Of a DNA stretch of 64,000 nucleotides, positions 14,590-26,505 are shown one piece after another. The stretch is from Eledone cirrhosa. Taxonomy: Eukaryota. The notes under the pieces were generated by a model that was given only the letters and a program-made list of their open reading frames with translations, was not told the DNA's origin and made no database searches. The position numbers and the translations under genes were made by a program. Position 1 is the stretch's first letter. Each line of letters opens with the position of its first letter. Location of the stretch: assembly GCA_964016885.1 (NCBI GenBank), contig OZ024742.1:192758001-192822000 (forward strand). The letters run 5' to 3'.

Positions 14590-14593
<4 letters not shown>

Positions 14594-14660
14594 CGGGTAA
14601 AATTCCCGAGATCCATGGAGAGAACTCGTCCATGGATCTCGGGAATTTTACCCGCCTTAG
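14590..14660. repeat. Hairpin made from the 3' terminus of an RTE LINE, flanked by (TA)n
   Basis: ~30-bp perfect arms; ggcgggtaaaattcccgag also terminates the RTE at ~16002. Confidence 0.8.
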
Positions 14661-14866
14661 ATACATATATATATATATATATATATATATGCAGAAGTGA
14701 TATTTAATTTGCTGGGATACAACAAAGAAATACTTTTATAACTGATATAAAGCACTCAACAAATTTTTGGAGTAAAATACAATATATTAACAAATGGTGT
14801 CCTTGAAATATGTATAATGAAATAAATATGGTTTTATAAATATAGTTTCCATTTGGTAATATATTG

Positions 14867-14898
<32 letters not shown>

Positions 14899-15526
14899 TA
14901 TATTCGATATATATTTATCCTTATCGAGCCCTCTTTGGATTTTAGTCTTCAAATTTATTATTATTACTGTATATATATATATAAAGATTAAGAAGCACCA
15001 AAGTTTATACCCAGTAATAGCAACACTGTTATGCGCGTATATATATGCTATGTAGAGAATATTTTGCTGTAACATAATATTGTAGCTTAGTTATAACCTC
15101 CCATCTAAGCCATTTCCTATATCATTTCCATTCACTTAAACTACAAAATATCTCTGATCGAATCATATGGGTAAATTATACGGCAATGAAGAAATTTTGT
15201 CTCCTCGTAAAACATCGAAAAATATTGTCTAGTCAATATACGCCAATGTCTTATTCTCTTCTGATAAACTATACACTAATATATAGTACAACTACTAATT
15301 TACTGCTGGTTCTTATTCATGTACGTTATGTTTCCCTCCCGATACCTGAAGCGAAGTGTTTGACATTTGACGTTAAAGTAAACATTCAAATTCATATTAT
15401 GTCTCATTGAATCTGATACTGTAACGCACTCACACACACACATACATACACACACACACAAAGACACTCACACACACAAACATACATACACACACACAAA
15501 CCCACGCACACACAAACACACACACG

Positions 15527-15564
<38 letters not shown>

Positions 15565-15569
15565 CACAA

Positions 15570-15611
<42 letters not shown>

Positions 15612-15685
15612 TGAAAGAGAGAAATATATAATGTTCATATCGACATACATGCAAATGCACACACTTATATAATATTCATATATAA

Positions 15686-15836
15686 TTGTTTCTACTTTTG
15701 GCACAAGGCCAACAATTATCCCAGTGCATTACTGGAACTTTATTTTATCGACCCGTAAGTTAACCTCAGCGGGATTTGAACTCAGATCGTAAAGGCCCGT
15801 AACGTCCAACCCTCTACCGATACTGCCATTCCACTT
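15686..15836 (-). mobile_element. OR-like SINE, internally deleted
   Basis: Match to the other copies. Confidence 0.75.
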
Positions 15837-15964
15837 CATAAATCATGAATGAATAATATTCTCAGGCGTGTGTCTCGGTAATAAAGCGAGAAGATCTTAA
15901 CTCGGCAAAGTAGCATGAAATATGATTTATTCAAAAGTGAGCCACAGTTTCTTATTCCATCCCC

Positions 15965-15996
<32 letters not shown>

Positions 15997-15997
15997 T

Positions 15998-16561
15998 CTA
16001 GGGCGGGTAAAATTCCCGAGTTCTCTCCATCGGTCTCTGCCTCTCATTATCGATGACATGTCCTGCGTCTCCAACAGACCAGTGTCTGTCCTTAGGGCAT
16101 CAATATACGTTAACCTTGGTCTTCTACTTCCAGTGTGTCCATGTAGGGGCTCCCACAGGAGCACTGAGTGCAAAGTCAACTCTGGATGTCGGTGAGCATG
16201 TCCAGCTAACCTCAGTCTCCTCTGTGAATTGGTTGAGGACTTCCTGTATTTGGGAGAAAAGATTGGGAATACGGAAGATTATATGGTTGAGAGGAAGAGC
16301 TAAGCCTGGGCGGCGTGCCACAGCTTGAGATCGGTGTGGAAGTCGGATCTTTGTAAAGACCTGAAAATCCGCCTCTTCATTGCTGTAGTGGAGTCTGTGC
16401 CGCTGTACGGGTCTGAGACTTCGACACTGACCAAGAAACATACTAAGATGGTGGATGGGTGCTACACGAGAATGCTGAGGATGACTTTGAACATTAATCA
16501 GTATACACTGAGGATGAAAAACTCAGGGCTGAATGGGAGTCTCCCAAAAGTCAGCTCAAAA

Positions 16562-16567
<6 letters not shown>
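15998..16567. mobile_element. RTE-like LINE 3' fragment with 5' inversion
   Basis: Minus arm RLRLAGHAHRHPEL..LLWEP..RPRLTYID..DRWREL; plus arm KIRLFIAVVESVPLYGSET..DGCYTRMLR..PKVSSKV. Confidence 0.85.
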
Positions 16568-16634
<67 letters not shown>

Positions 16635-16639
16635 TATAG

Positions 16640-17325
<686 letters not shown>

Positions 17326-17654
17326 GAATGAAGAAAGGAGGTGGAAAAAGAAAGAAGGGAGGGGGAAAAGGAAAGAAGTAAAGAAAGGGCCAACGAATTT
17401 CAAGCCAGAGTATCTGTCTCGAAAAGAAAGCTAATTATAGCTGTGATAAAATTGTAAACAGCAAAATGCCGTCAATGACGAGAAAACATTGTTTACATTT
17501 TTAACACCACTATGAGAAGCTTTCTATTCTAGACGGATACCCTGGCTTGAAATAAGCTGTCACTTTCTTTTTCACCCCTCCCTAATTCATTCATCCTTTC
17601 TTTCTGCCCCCCCACCCCTCAGTTTTCATTTTCTCCTGTCTTCTCTACTCTTTC

Positions 17655-17705
<51 letters not shown>

Positions 17706-17716
17706 CCTACGTACAT

Positions 17717-17851
<135 letters not shown>

Positions 17852-18084
17852 CATATATATACACACACACACACATACACACACACAAATACACATACAC
17901 ACATATATATATATATATATGTTACACGAGAAGAATATATAACTAATACCTTATCACAAAATAACTCTTATAATATCTATAATGAATGTATAAATGATAT
18001 AAAAATATGATTTCATACAGAAAAATATATAAAAACATAATAATCTATAATATTATTTTGTTAAGATATATGTACACATTGCTA

Positions 18085-18345
18085 TAATTATAGAACGAAA
18101 TCGAAGATATAATCTATTATACTCGTAATGGTTGTATTCTACGAAATATATTTGACTGATGAATTATGGAACGAAATCGAACAATATATTATTGCAGAGA
18201 CTTTACTCGTAAGGCAATTGTCTGATAAACTATGGAACGAATTCGAAGACATTATCTATTATAGACGCCATATTTATTCGTGAGACGGCTATTTTAAGAC
18301 AATTAACTGATAAACTATGGAATGAACTCGGAAACATAATCTACA
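18085..18345. repeat. Degenerate ~60-80 bp tandem repeat, about 4 copies
   Basis: Recurrent ctgataaactatggaacgaa(a/t)tcgaa. Confidence 0.6.
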
Positions 18346-18429
18346 TATATATTATTCATATGGACTGGCAATACATATTTTCAATTAGGTATAGTATTAT
18401 ATCTTCTTCAACAGGATATTCTTTTGCCG

Positions 18430-20078
18430 CATTACTAACCCAAGAGGGCGTGTCTTAAATAATGACTTAAGAACTCTCGGTTACTTTCTCCTGGGGTTTA
18501 TGTTCTCATCAACCTTTTAAAAATTCTAGCTGTTCCTAGGAGTACCATTTTCTTGAGGAATACTACCTTTGCGTGAATCCCAAGTTTTTGGTCACACAAC
18601 CAATATGTCATACCAATATCGCTATTGGTATGACCTCAAGATATTTCATGTTCCACATTCTTAGGATTTCGATTCTAAGGTCCTGTTATTTATCAATTTT
18701 TTCATTCCTTTTGGGTAGAACCTCTCATCTCCGGGAATGGTGACATCAATAATTCAACATATCCGCTCTCATTTTCAATCACAATATTGGGTTGGCAAGA
18801 AAGTAATTTAATTTGTCACAAATAGATAGAGTTACGATTCGTTTGAATGACTTTTGTCAATGTTAGGATTTTTCCCTTTCGACATTTGATAGCCGTTACT
18901 TTTAGCTTACTTTAGAAGCACATTGCGCGGAATTTTGTTTACAGCTGTTAATTCAGTGTCAATTTTAACATGGAGTGCAAAAACCAACATTTTCGCCATA
19001 TTTTCCTTTTTTCGTAAACGCAAGAAAGCTGTTGAGGCTCACAAAGAGATATCTGAATTTAATGGTGTTGATTGTATGTACATGTCAGAAATGGGTTTAA
19101 AAATTCCGCTCTGTAGATTTTTCTTGACTGAAAAATATTCAGAACGTTCTGGTCGATCTACTGAAGTTGTGATGTTCGAATTGAAGCCTTAATTGAATCT
19201 GATTGTCATATAACCGTGCGAGAGTTTGCCTAAAGGTTAAATGTATCATACACAACAATTGAAAAGTATTTAAAATGTCTTGGACTCGTTATGAAGCTCG
19301 ATATGGTGGAATTACAAAGGTGTTGTGTATTTTGAGCTGCATTCAAGGAGCCAAACGATCAATTCAGATGTTTACTGTGAACAACTAATGAAACTGGAGG
19401 AAGCAATCAAAGAAAAATGGCCAGAATTGGCAAATCGTAAAGGAATTGTGTTCCACCATGACAAAGCTAGACCACACACGTGTTGCTAACTCGTGACAAA
19501 TTATTGGCGCTTGGTGGGAAGTGATGTCACATATACGCTGACCTTGCACCAGCAGATTACCATTTATTTAGAAGTTTGCAAAATTCTTTGAATGGTAAAA
19601 CTTTCAATAATGATGATGACCTGAAATCGCACTTGCTTCATGAGCGCGGAATCATGAAGTTGCCAGAAAGATGGGAAAAGGTCATCGAACAAAATGGAAA
19701 ATATATAATTGATTAAAGTTCATTTTTTGTATAAAAGACTTATTTCATACTAAAAAACTGAAATTACTTTCTTGCCAACCCAATATATTAGGTCTCCTTA
19801 ATGTTATATTATCACATTGTATAGTCATGTCCCATAAGACCTCTACGTCTTCATTCTCAACTAACACTCTGGTTGATGTTTATAGCACAGTTCATTTGGT
19901 TCCAGATGATACTTCCCACAAAGCTTCCAATGGACACACAAAGCTTCCAAAGGACATTCTTAACAACTGTATCGTGTCTTCTCTTGTATTCTCTCTGGGC
20001 TAATATTGGGCAGTCACTAATGATGGGATAACATTATCTTTCTTTTCATCACATGGTCTACATACAGAATAATCTACG
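18430..20078 (-). pseudogene. Old Dong/R4-like RLE 3' fragment, split by a mariner
   Basis: CRPC..ISDCPILAQREYKRRHD, LWDMTIQCD..RRPN | IVIE..IIDVTIPG..EKIDK*QDLRIEILRMWN, reassembled across the insertion. Confidence 0.8.
18787..19783 (+). mobile_element. Internally deleted mariner DNA transposon
   Basis: TIRs ttgggttggcaagaaagtaattt / aaattactttcttgccaacccaa with TA TSD; transposase remnants RSGRS, FHHDKARPH, DLAPADYHLFRSL, ERWEKVIEQNGKYIID. Confidence 0.92.
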
Positions 20079-20094
20079 GTTTTATCTATTATAT

Positions 20095-20866
20095 TATTAT
20101 TGCTATTATTGTTCTTTGAGTCTCAGTCATTGATGTTATTTAACTGGAAAGTTTGTTGAAGTGAATATCAAGCCGCTACCTGCAGCCTCAGATATTCAGG
20201 ACGTATCGGAGGGTTCTTGCTGTTCCCAGCAAGCATGCCTTTTGAAGTGTTCCAAAAAGCGGGGCACCAGGGCAAGGACAAACAACAGAGGGGACAGGCT
20301 ATCTCCCTGGAAGATACCTCTCTTGATCTTCACGCTTCCCAAGGATTCTCCAGTTGATGTCAACTCTGTTTCCCAGGACCTCATACTCTTGCCCAACAAC
20401 TGTCTGATGTTATCTGCCACCTTGAAGATCTCCAGGCTTTTGGTGATCCAAGAATGAGGCACCATGTCAAATGCCTTTCTGTAGTCTATCCATCCCATGG
20501 CAAGATCAGTGTGTCTCCTCCTGCAATTCCCCATTACCATCTTATCAATAAGTAACTGGTCCTTTGTACCACGTGACTTCTTTCGGCATCCTTTCTGTTC
20601 GTCCGGTAACAAGTTGTTTGTGTGGAGGTGATGGTAGATTTCCTCAGACACAATGCTCGTCAACAGTTTCCACATTACGGACAGACATGTGATAGGTCTA
20701 TAGTTGGTAACATCATTACCCTTGATTCGGTCTTTCATTACCAGAACTGTGGTACCTTTTGTCAACCACTCTGGTACCTCACCTGACATCAAGCAGTCAT
20801 TGAACATGGTTGTCAGTTTCGGGTGGAGGGATGTTATATTTTTAATCCAATACCCCTGCACACCAT
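20095..20866 (-). mobile_element. 5'-truncated, internally deleted sister copy of the Dong element
   Basis: Highly similar to 21810-21968 and 23410-24014; ~1.44-kb deletion at ~20260; flanked by (TTA)n. Confidence 0.92.
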
Positions 20867-20882
20867 TTTATTATTATTATTA

Positions 20883-21547
20883 TGTCCGAGATGCGCGCAG
20901 GGCGACGAAACCGTCCTGCACGCACTCGTCCAGTATCCGAAAATTGCTGACTTGTGGGTTTATGTTGAACACCTGCTGTCGCGTTTAGGACGGATCCGGC
21001 TATCATCTGAGTCCATCGTGAGGATTGCCCCGCCCTCCTCCTTTAGCCGGGAAGGGCAGGCAGTTTTTATCTGCCTGGTGGCCATGGCGAAAGAGATAGT
21101 ATGGTGGACACGTTTGAAAGGGCTGAAGACGAGCACTTACCTCTTCGGTGATGCTCTGATTGACTTTTTCAAATTTAATTTGAAAAGGAAAATCAGAGTA
21201 GAGAGGGAAGTGCTCTCTTCCCAGCATTTTGTTGAAAGATGGGTGAGAGAAGCAAGAATGGCCCGAGTGAATGGGCCTACTCTGAGTATATATCTGTAAA
21301 TTAAAGGTGGAAAACTGGGAGAGGGCACTTGCCTTGGTGGTCAGGGTCATTGTGGCTTTTTACTGGGCTTTCTCCACAAATGTCCCTCCGAAGTCTCCCC
21401 CCTATTGGGGAATTTTTCATTGTTATTTTTTGTTACATCCTCTGTTTTTGTTTTTTACACGCAGAAATGCCCATTTGTACCGTCCTGCATTGTCCTGCAC
21501 TGTCCTTAATGTCTACTTTATGTAAACCCTTGTGGTTAATAAAGAAA

Positions 21548-21549
<2 letters not shown>
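20883..21549 (+). mobile_element. Tx1/L1-like LINE 3' end inserted in (ATT)n
   Basis: CPRCAQGDETVLHALVQYPKIADLW (CCHC-like, last C mutated)..AKEIVWWTR..F..RW; 3' UTR ending aataaagaaatc(att)n. Confidence 0.7.

Positions 21550-21608
<59 letters not shown>
21550..21608. repeat. (ATT)n microsatellite
   Basis: Directly visible; similar tracts at 21768, 26350 and 31285. Confidence 0.95.
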
Positions 21609-21609
<1 letters not shown>

Positions 21610-21767
21610 GTTGCATTTATCTTGCTTTATGTTCATACGAGTTATCACCAAGTCACAACCAGTGACCTCAAGAGACAACAAGGTCCGCCATGTTCAAGGA
21701 AGAACATACATACTCACACATGCATCTTTAGTGTTTAGACTTGTGATGTACTTATATTGATAGAATC

Positions 21768-21808
<41 letters not shown>

Positions 21809-24800
21809 GTTATTGTTATTCCTTGAATCTCAGTCATTGATGTTGGTTAACTGGAAAGTCCGTTGGATTGAATATCAAGCCACTACCTGCAGCCTCAGAT
21901 ATTCAGGACGTATCGGAGGGTTCTTGCCGTTCCAAGCAAGCATGCCTTTTGAAGCGTTCCAAAAAGCGTGAAGGGGCCGATTTTCTTTAACCATCCCTGG
22001 AAACCTTTGGAGATAGTCCCCAGTGCGCCTATGACAATCGGGATCACTTTGACTTCATGGCAGTTCCAAATCCTTTTCACCTCCCACTTTAGGTCCTGGT
22101 ATCGGTTAATTTTCTCCCTCTCCTTCTCTTGCACTCTCGTGTCGAACGGGCAGGCCACATCCACAATCAGGCACGATCTTTTTTCTTTGTCCACAACCAC
22201 CAGGTCAGGTCTATTGTGTTCCAGTTTTTTGTCCGTCTGTATCCTAAAATCCCACAGCACCTTCACCTGACTGTTCTCCATCACCGCCTCTGGCCTATGC
22301 TCATACCATTTCTCAGAATGTGGTAGATTGTTTACTTTGCACAGGTGCCAGTGGATCACCCTGCCCATCACATCGTGTCTCCAGCCCTTATAGTGGGTCT
22401 GGGCTAGGTGTTTACACTCGGACACAATGTGAGCCACAGTCTCCTCTCTCTCTCCACAGATCCTGCACAGTGGGCTAGCCTCCTCCTTGTAGATATGGTG
22501 CTTCAACCACTTCGTTTTGAGGGCCTGCTCCTGCGCAGCCATTAGCATTCCTTCTGTAGCCTTTTTGAGGTCTCCTCTTCTCAACCAGTTCCATGTCTGT
22601 GGATCTCTAAATTCAGTTTTATCAAAGAAGGTACTATGAAGGGATTTTCCCTTAAGGTTGCTCTTCCTCCTTGATGTTATTTCCTCCTTTGATATCCCCT
22701 GGCCTACTGTCCCCTCCTTCAGTACAGCTCTGAGCATTGGCTCCTTACTATAGGTCACGTATTTGTATAGGTTGTTTTTCTCCATCTGAACACAGTCCTC
22801 TATGCTGATAAGACCTCTTCCACCCTCAGATCTCCTTAGGTAGAGTCTATCGACATCACTCCTCTTGTGGAATATGTTGTAGATAGTCAATAGCTTCCTA
22901 GTCTTCCTATCCATTTCTTTTTGTTCAGCAACATTCCATCTCAGAATTCCCGCACTGTACCTAATAATAGACACAGCTCGGGAATTTACTGCGCTTATGG
23001 CATTTCTGCTGTTCAGATGTGACTTCAATACGCTCCTTACTCTCCGAATGTATTCAGTTCTTAACAATTCCTTCATTTTTTTGTTCTTTATGCCATCAGC
23101 CTCCAGAACGCCCAAATACTTGTATCCTTCCTCAGAGTCAATTTCCTTTATCATCTCACCTGTTGGTATCTGGATCCCGTTACTTCTGCTCAACCTACCC
23201 CTCCTCATCACAATGACTCCACATTTACCAATACCAAACTGCATACATATATCACTGCTGAAAATACGGACAGTGTCAACAAGCACATCCAACTCCTTCT
23301 CACTTTTCTCGAAGAGCTTAAGATCGTCCATGAAGAGGAGGTGATTGATGGTAAGCTCTCCCCTTCCCAACTTGTATCCCGCTCTCACTTTTCGCAGCAT
23401 AATGGTCAAGGGCATCAGGGCAAGGACAAACAACAGAGGGGAGAGGCTATCTCCCTGGAAGATACCTCTCTTGATCTTCACGCTTCCCAAGGATACTCCA
23501 GTTGATGTCAACTCTCTCTCCCAGGACCCCATACTCCTGCCCAGCAACTGTCTGATGTTATCTGCCACCCTGAAGATCTCCAGGCTTTTGGTGATCCAGG
23601 AATGAGGCACCATGTCAAATGCCTTTCTGTAGTCTATCCATCCCATGGCAAGATCAGTGTGTCTCCTCCTGCAATTCCCCATTACCATCTTATCAATAAG
23701 CAACTGGTCCTTTGTACCACGTGACTTCTTTCGGCATCCTTTCTGTTCGTCCGGCAACAAGTTGTTTGTGTGGAGGTGATGGTAGATTTCCTCAGACACA
23801 ATGCTCGTCAACAGTTTCCACATTACGGGCAGACATGTGATAGGTCTATAGTTGGTAACATCATTACCCTTGATTCGGTCTTTCATTATCAGAACTGTGG
23901 TACCTTTTGTCAACCACTCTGGCACCTCACCCGACACCAAGCAGTCATTGAACATGGCCGTCAGCTTCGGGTGGAGGGATGTTAAATGTTTAATCCAATA
24001 CCCCTGCACACCATCTGGGCCTGGTGATTTCCAGTTGGTTAGTTTTTTGGCTTGCCCCTTAAGAGTTTCAACTGTGATACTCAAATCAGTCTGTTGCTGT
24101 GCCTGCTCACCGATCTCCCTCTGTACTGTCTCAATCCACCCTGCCTGGGCATTGTGTCTAACATCCTGCTCCCATATTCCTCTCCAGAATGTTTTAGCTT
24201 GTTCCGCCCCAGGGATCAAGTCGTTGCCTCTTTCTTTCCCCTCAAGCTGTCCAAACAGCATCTTCTGGTTGTTGTCGAACATGCGGTTCTGTTTATACTG
24301 ACTGACTCTGTTCTCGTATCGCCTGATTTTGGCACTCTTTGCTACAATGCGTTGCTTCAATTCCTCTATGATAATATTTAGCTTTTTACTCCTAGTTTTG
24401 TATTTTATTTCCAGTCTATTTTTAGTGCCTATGTTTTTTAGTGTCCCATTCAGTAGTGACTCAAGCTTTCCTATGTCATTTCTCATTTCCCCGATTTGCC
24501 CACTCAGTCGCTTCTTCCACCACGGCTCTGCTCTTTCTTGTCTGTTGTTTCCTCTCGCTTTTATACCAAGTAGTTTCCTCACCGTATTTGCTGTTGCTTT
24601 GAGGATATTGTTGCACTGGTGAAGACTTCTCGCCTCAAGGTATGGGATGACTTTGTTTACCTTAGCTGTTGTTTCTTTTAACTTTTTCCTGTCTACAAAT
24701 CTTAGGTTCATAGGTCTCCCACTATCATTGTTCAACTCATCTACCACTAAATTTAGGATGTCAACCGAATCTTGTCCTAGCCCGTCAGCATTCATCTCCT

Positions 24801-26349
24801 CAGTGGCCGTATCTCTGTTCCAGGTATTATTTATCTCAGTATTCAGATCATTGTCTGCTTCGGGTGGTTCCTCCGTTCTCAGGACCTCCTCACCTTCATT
24901 TCCCGCCGGCTCGCTTGTCTGGCATACTACACCCGCCATCTCCAAGCCATTCTCTCTGCTCAGTTCCTCCAGTTCCAGCTCGCTTATCCACCCATTAGTT
25001 CTTATTACCCGAGCCTGCCCGGCCAATTTTTGTTCATCTAATTTAAATAAACCAATCTCGTTCCAGATGTTATGCATCCGTCTCCTGTAGCCCCTCTCCT
25101 TGGGGTTACTTTTCAGGTAGCATTGCATAACAGTTCTATTCAATTCTTTCGTCCAGTTGGTTCTGGCCCCTTTCCTTCTTCTTCTTCCTCCAACATCAGC
25201 AGTATTTCGTTGACAGTCAGGTTCCTGCTGCTGAGCCAGGGGGCACCTGTTGGGTGAGAGTCTGTCACATGACGTTCTAGTCTCCATTTCACCGTTATTC
25301 GAACTGTTTATGTTCGATATTTAAACACTCTTATCGAGGATTGGCGAATGTATGTTTACATAGCCATCTGTGGATCCGCCATCCCACTTGGCCCTTGTGT
25401 GGCATTATCACCACGCTGTATACGGACACACATAAACAAACAAACACACGGGCAGAAAGGGCCCCAAAAATGAATAAGCATAAGTTTCATTGTAATGTAG
25501 TATTCGAATGTCTGACTTAGTTTTTGTTTTTTAAGTTTTACTTTTTCCCCCCTCTTCTCTGTCCGTCCACCTGCTTCTCTCTTCATTCTTATTTTCTTTA
25601 CGTTTTTGGGGTTTCTTTTTTTTGTTTTTGTTTTTCTCTGTTTGTTTTTCTCGTTTTTTGCTGTTGTTGCTGTGCTGCTTTTGTTGTTTGTTTTTTCTTT
25701 TTTCTTTTGAGTCTATCTATATATTTTGATGCCTTCCTCTTTGTTAGTAGTAGGAATTCTGTAATGTGGAAGTGACAGCCAGCAGAGACTGGCGGCGTTG
25801 GCGATACTGAGACAGTGGTGGTGGTGATGTCGATACCGAGGCAGTGGTGGCGGTGATGCGACCGTATTACTGTAGTGATGGTGCTGTAGCGGTGGCAGCA
25901 GCAGTGAAGGAGTCAAGGGGTGGTGGCGGCGGTGATGGGATAGTGGTGGTAATGATGGCCGTAGTGAGCGGTGGCGGTGAAGGTGAAAATGCTGTTGTGT
26001 TTAGTGTACACAGATGATGGGGTGGGTGGTGTATCTAGTTTCTGGTGTTGGTGAGTTTCGCTGTCCTATATAGTGTAGCCAGAGGAGAGGAAGGGGGGGG
26101 GGTTCTTCTTCTTCCATTTATAGCCATTTTTTTTTGGATATACAGTGTACAATACAAAGTTGAATATTTGAATATTTGAGCCTTATAACAATATATTTTG
26201 GGTCCGAATTTTTTTTGGGGCTCAAGCCGGGTGCTTTACGTAGCATTTGTACTAAGAGTTGTTATTTCACAAATGATTTAAATATGTTAAAAATTCAAAA
26301 CTTACGGGAGCGATTTCATGACCTCCGTCACCTCGTGCGTCTTCTTCCC

Positions 26350-26350
<1 letters not shown>
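21768..26350 (-). mobile_element. Full-length Dong/R4-clade non-LTR retrotransposon, copy 1
   Basis: ~1.06-kb 5' UTR, single ORF, short 3' UTR running into (TAA)n; repeated with a 4611-bp period. Confidence 0.93.
21895..25287 (-). CDS. R4/Dong polyprotein: Myb-like N-terminus, reverse transcriptase, CCHC knuckle, restriction-like endonuclease
   Basis: KSPGPDG, NYRPITCL, DYRKAFD, GIFQGDSLSP, LFMDD, YKYLG, CRIC..H..C, RHD, RPD..D..K; uninterrupted 1130 aa. Confidence 0.96.
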   Translation of the reverse strand: METRTSCDRLSPNRCPLAQQQEPDCQRNTADVGGRRRRKGARTNWTKELNRTVMQCYLKSNPKERGYRRRMHNIWNEIGLFKLDEQKLAGQARVIRTNGWISELELEELSRENGLEMAGVVCQTSEPAGNEGEEVLRTEEPPEADNDLNTEINNTWNRDTATEEMNADGLGQDSVDILNLVVDELNNDSGRPMNLRFVDRKKLKETTAKVNKVIPYLEARSLHQCNNILKATANTVRKLLGIKARGNNRQERAEPWWKKRLSGQIGEMRNDIGKLESLLNGTLKNIGTKNRLEIKYKTRSKKLNIIIEELKQRIVAKSAKIRRYENRVSQYKQNRMFDNNQKMLFGQLEGKERGNDLIPGAEQAKTFWRGIWEQDVRHNAQAGWIETVQREIGEQAQQQTDLSITVETLKGQAKKLTNWKSPGPDGVQGYWIKHLTSLHPKLTAMFNDCLVSGEVPEWLTKGTTVLIMKDRIKGNDVTNYRPITCLPVMWKLLTSIVSEEIYHHLHTNNLLPDEQKGCRKKSRGTKDQLLIDKMVMGNCRRRHTDLAMGWIDYRKAFDMVPHSWITKSLEIFRVADNIRQLLGRSMGSWERELTSTGVSLGSVKIKRGIFQGDSLSPLLFVLALMPLTIMLRKVRAGYKLGRGELTINHLLFMDDLKLFEKSEKELDVLVDTVRIFSSDICMQFGIGKCGVIVMRRGRLSRSNGIQIPTGEMIKEIDSEEGYKYLGVLEADGIKNKKMKELLRTEYIRRVRSVLKSHLNSRNAISAVNSRAVSIIRYSAGILRWNVAEQKEMDRKTRKLLTIYNIFHKRSDVDRLYLRRSEGGRGLISIEDCVQMEKNNLYKYVTYSKEPMLRAVLKEGTVGQGISKEEITSRRKSNLKGKSLHSTFFDKTEFRDPQTWNWLRRGDLKKATEGMLMAAQEQALKTKWLKHHIYKEEASPLCRICGEREETVAHIVSECKHLAQTHYKGWRHDVMGRVIHWHLCKVNNLPHSEKWYEHRPEAVMENSQVKVLWDFRIQTDKKLEHNRPDLVVVDKEKRSCLIVDVACPFDTRVQEKEREKINRYQDLKWEVKRIWNCHEVKVIPIVIGALGTISKGFQGWLKKIGPFTLFGTLQKACLLGTARTLRYVLNI

Positions 26351-26419
<69 letters not shown>

Positions 26420-26505
26420 GTTATTGTTATTCCTTGAATCTCAGTCATTGATGTTGGTTAACTGGAAAGTCCGTTGGATTGAATATCAAGCCACTACCTG
26501 CAGCC

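Noticed and set aside
18150-18185. CTGATGA..GAAA in the degenerate tandem repeat
   Set aside because: No stem II or stem I pairing and no UH cleavage site
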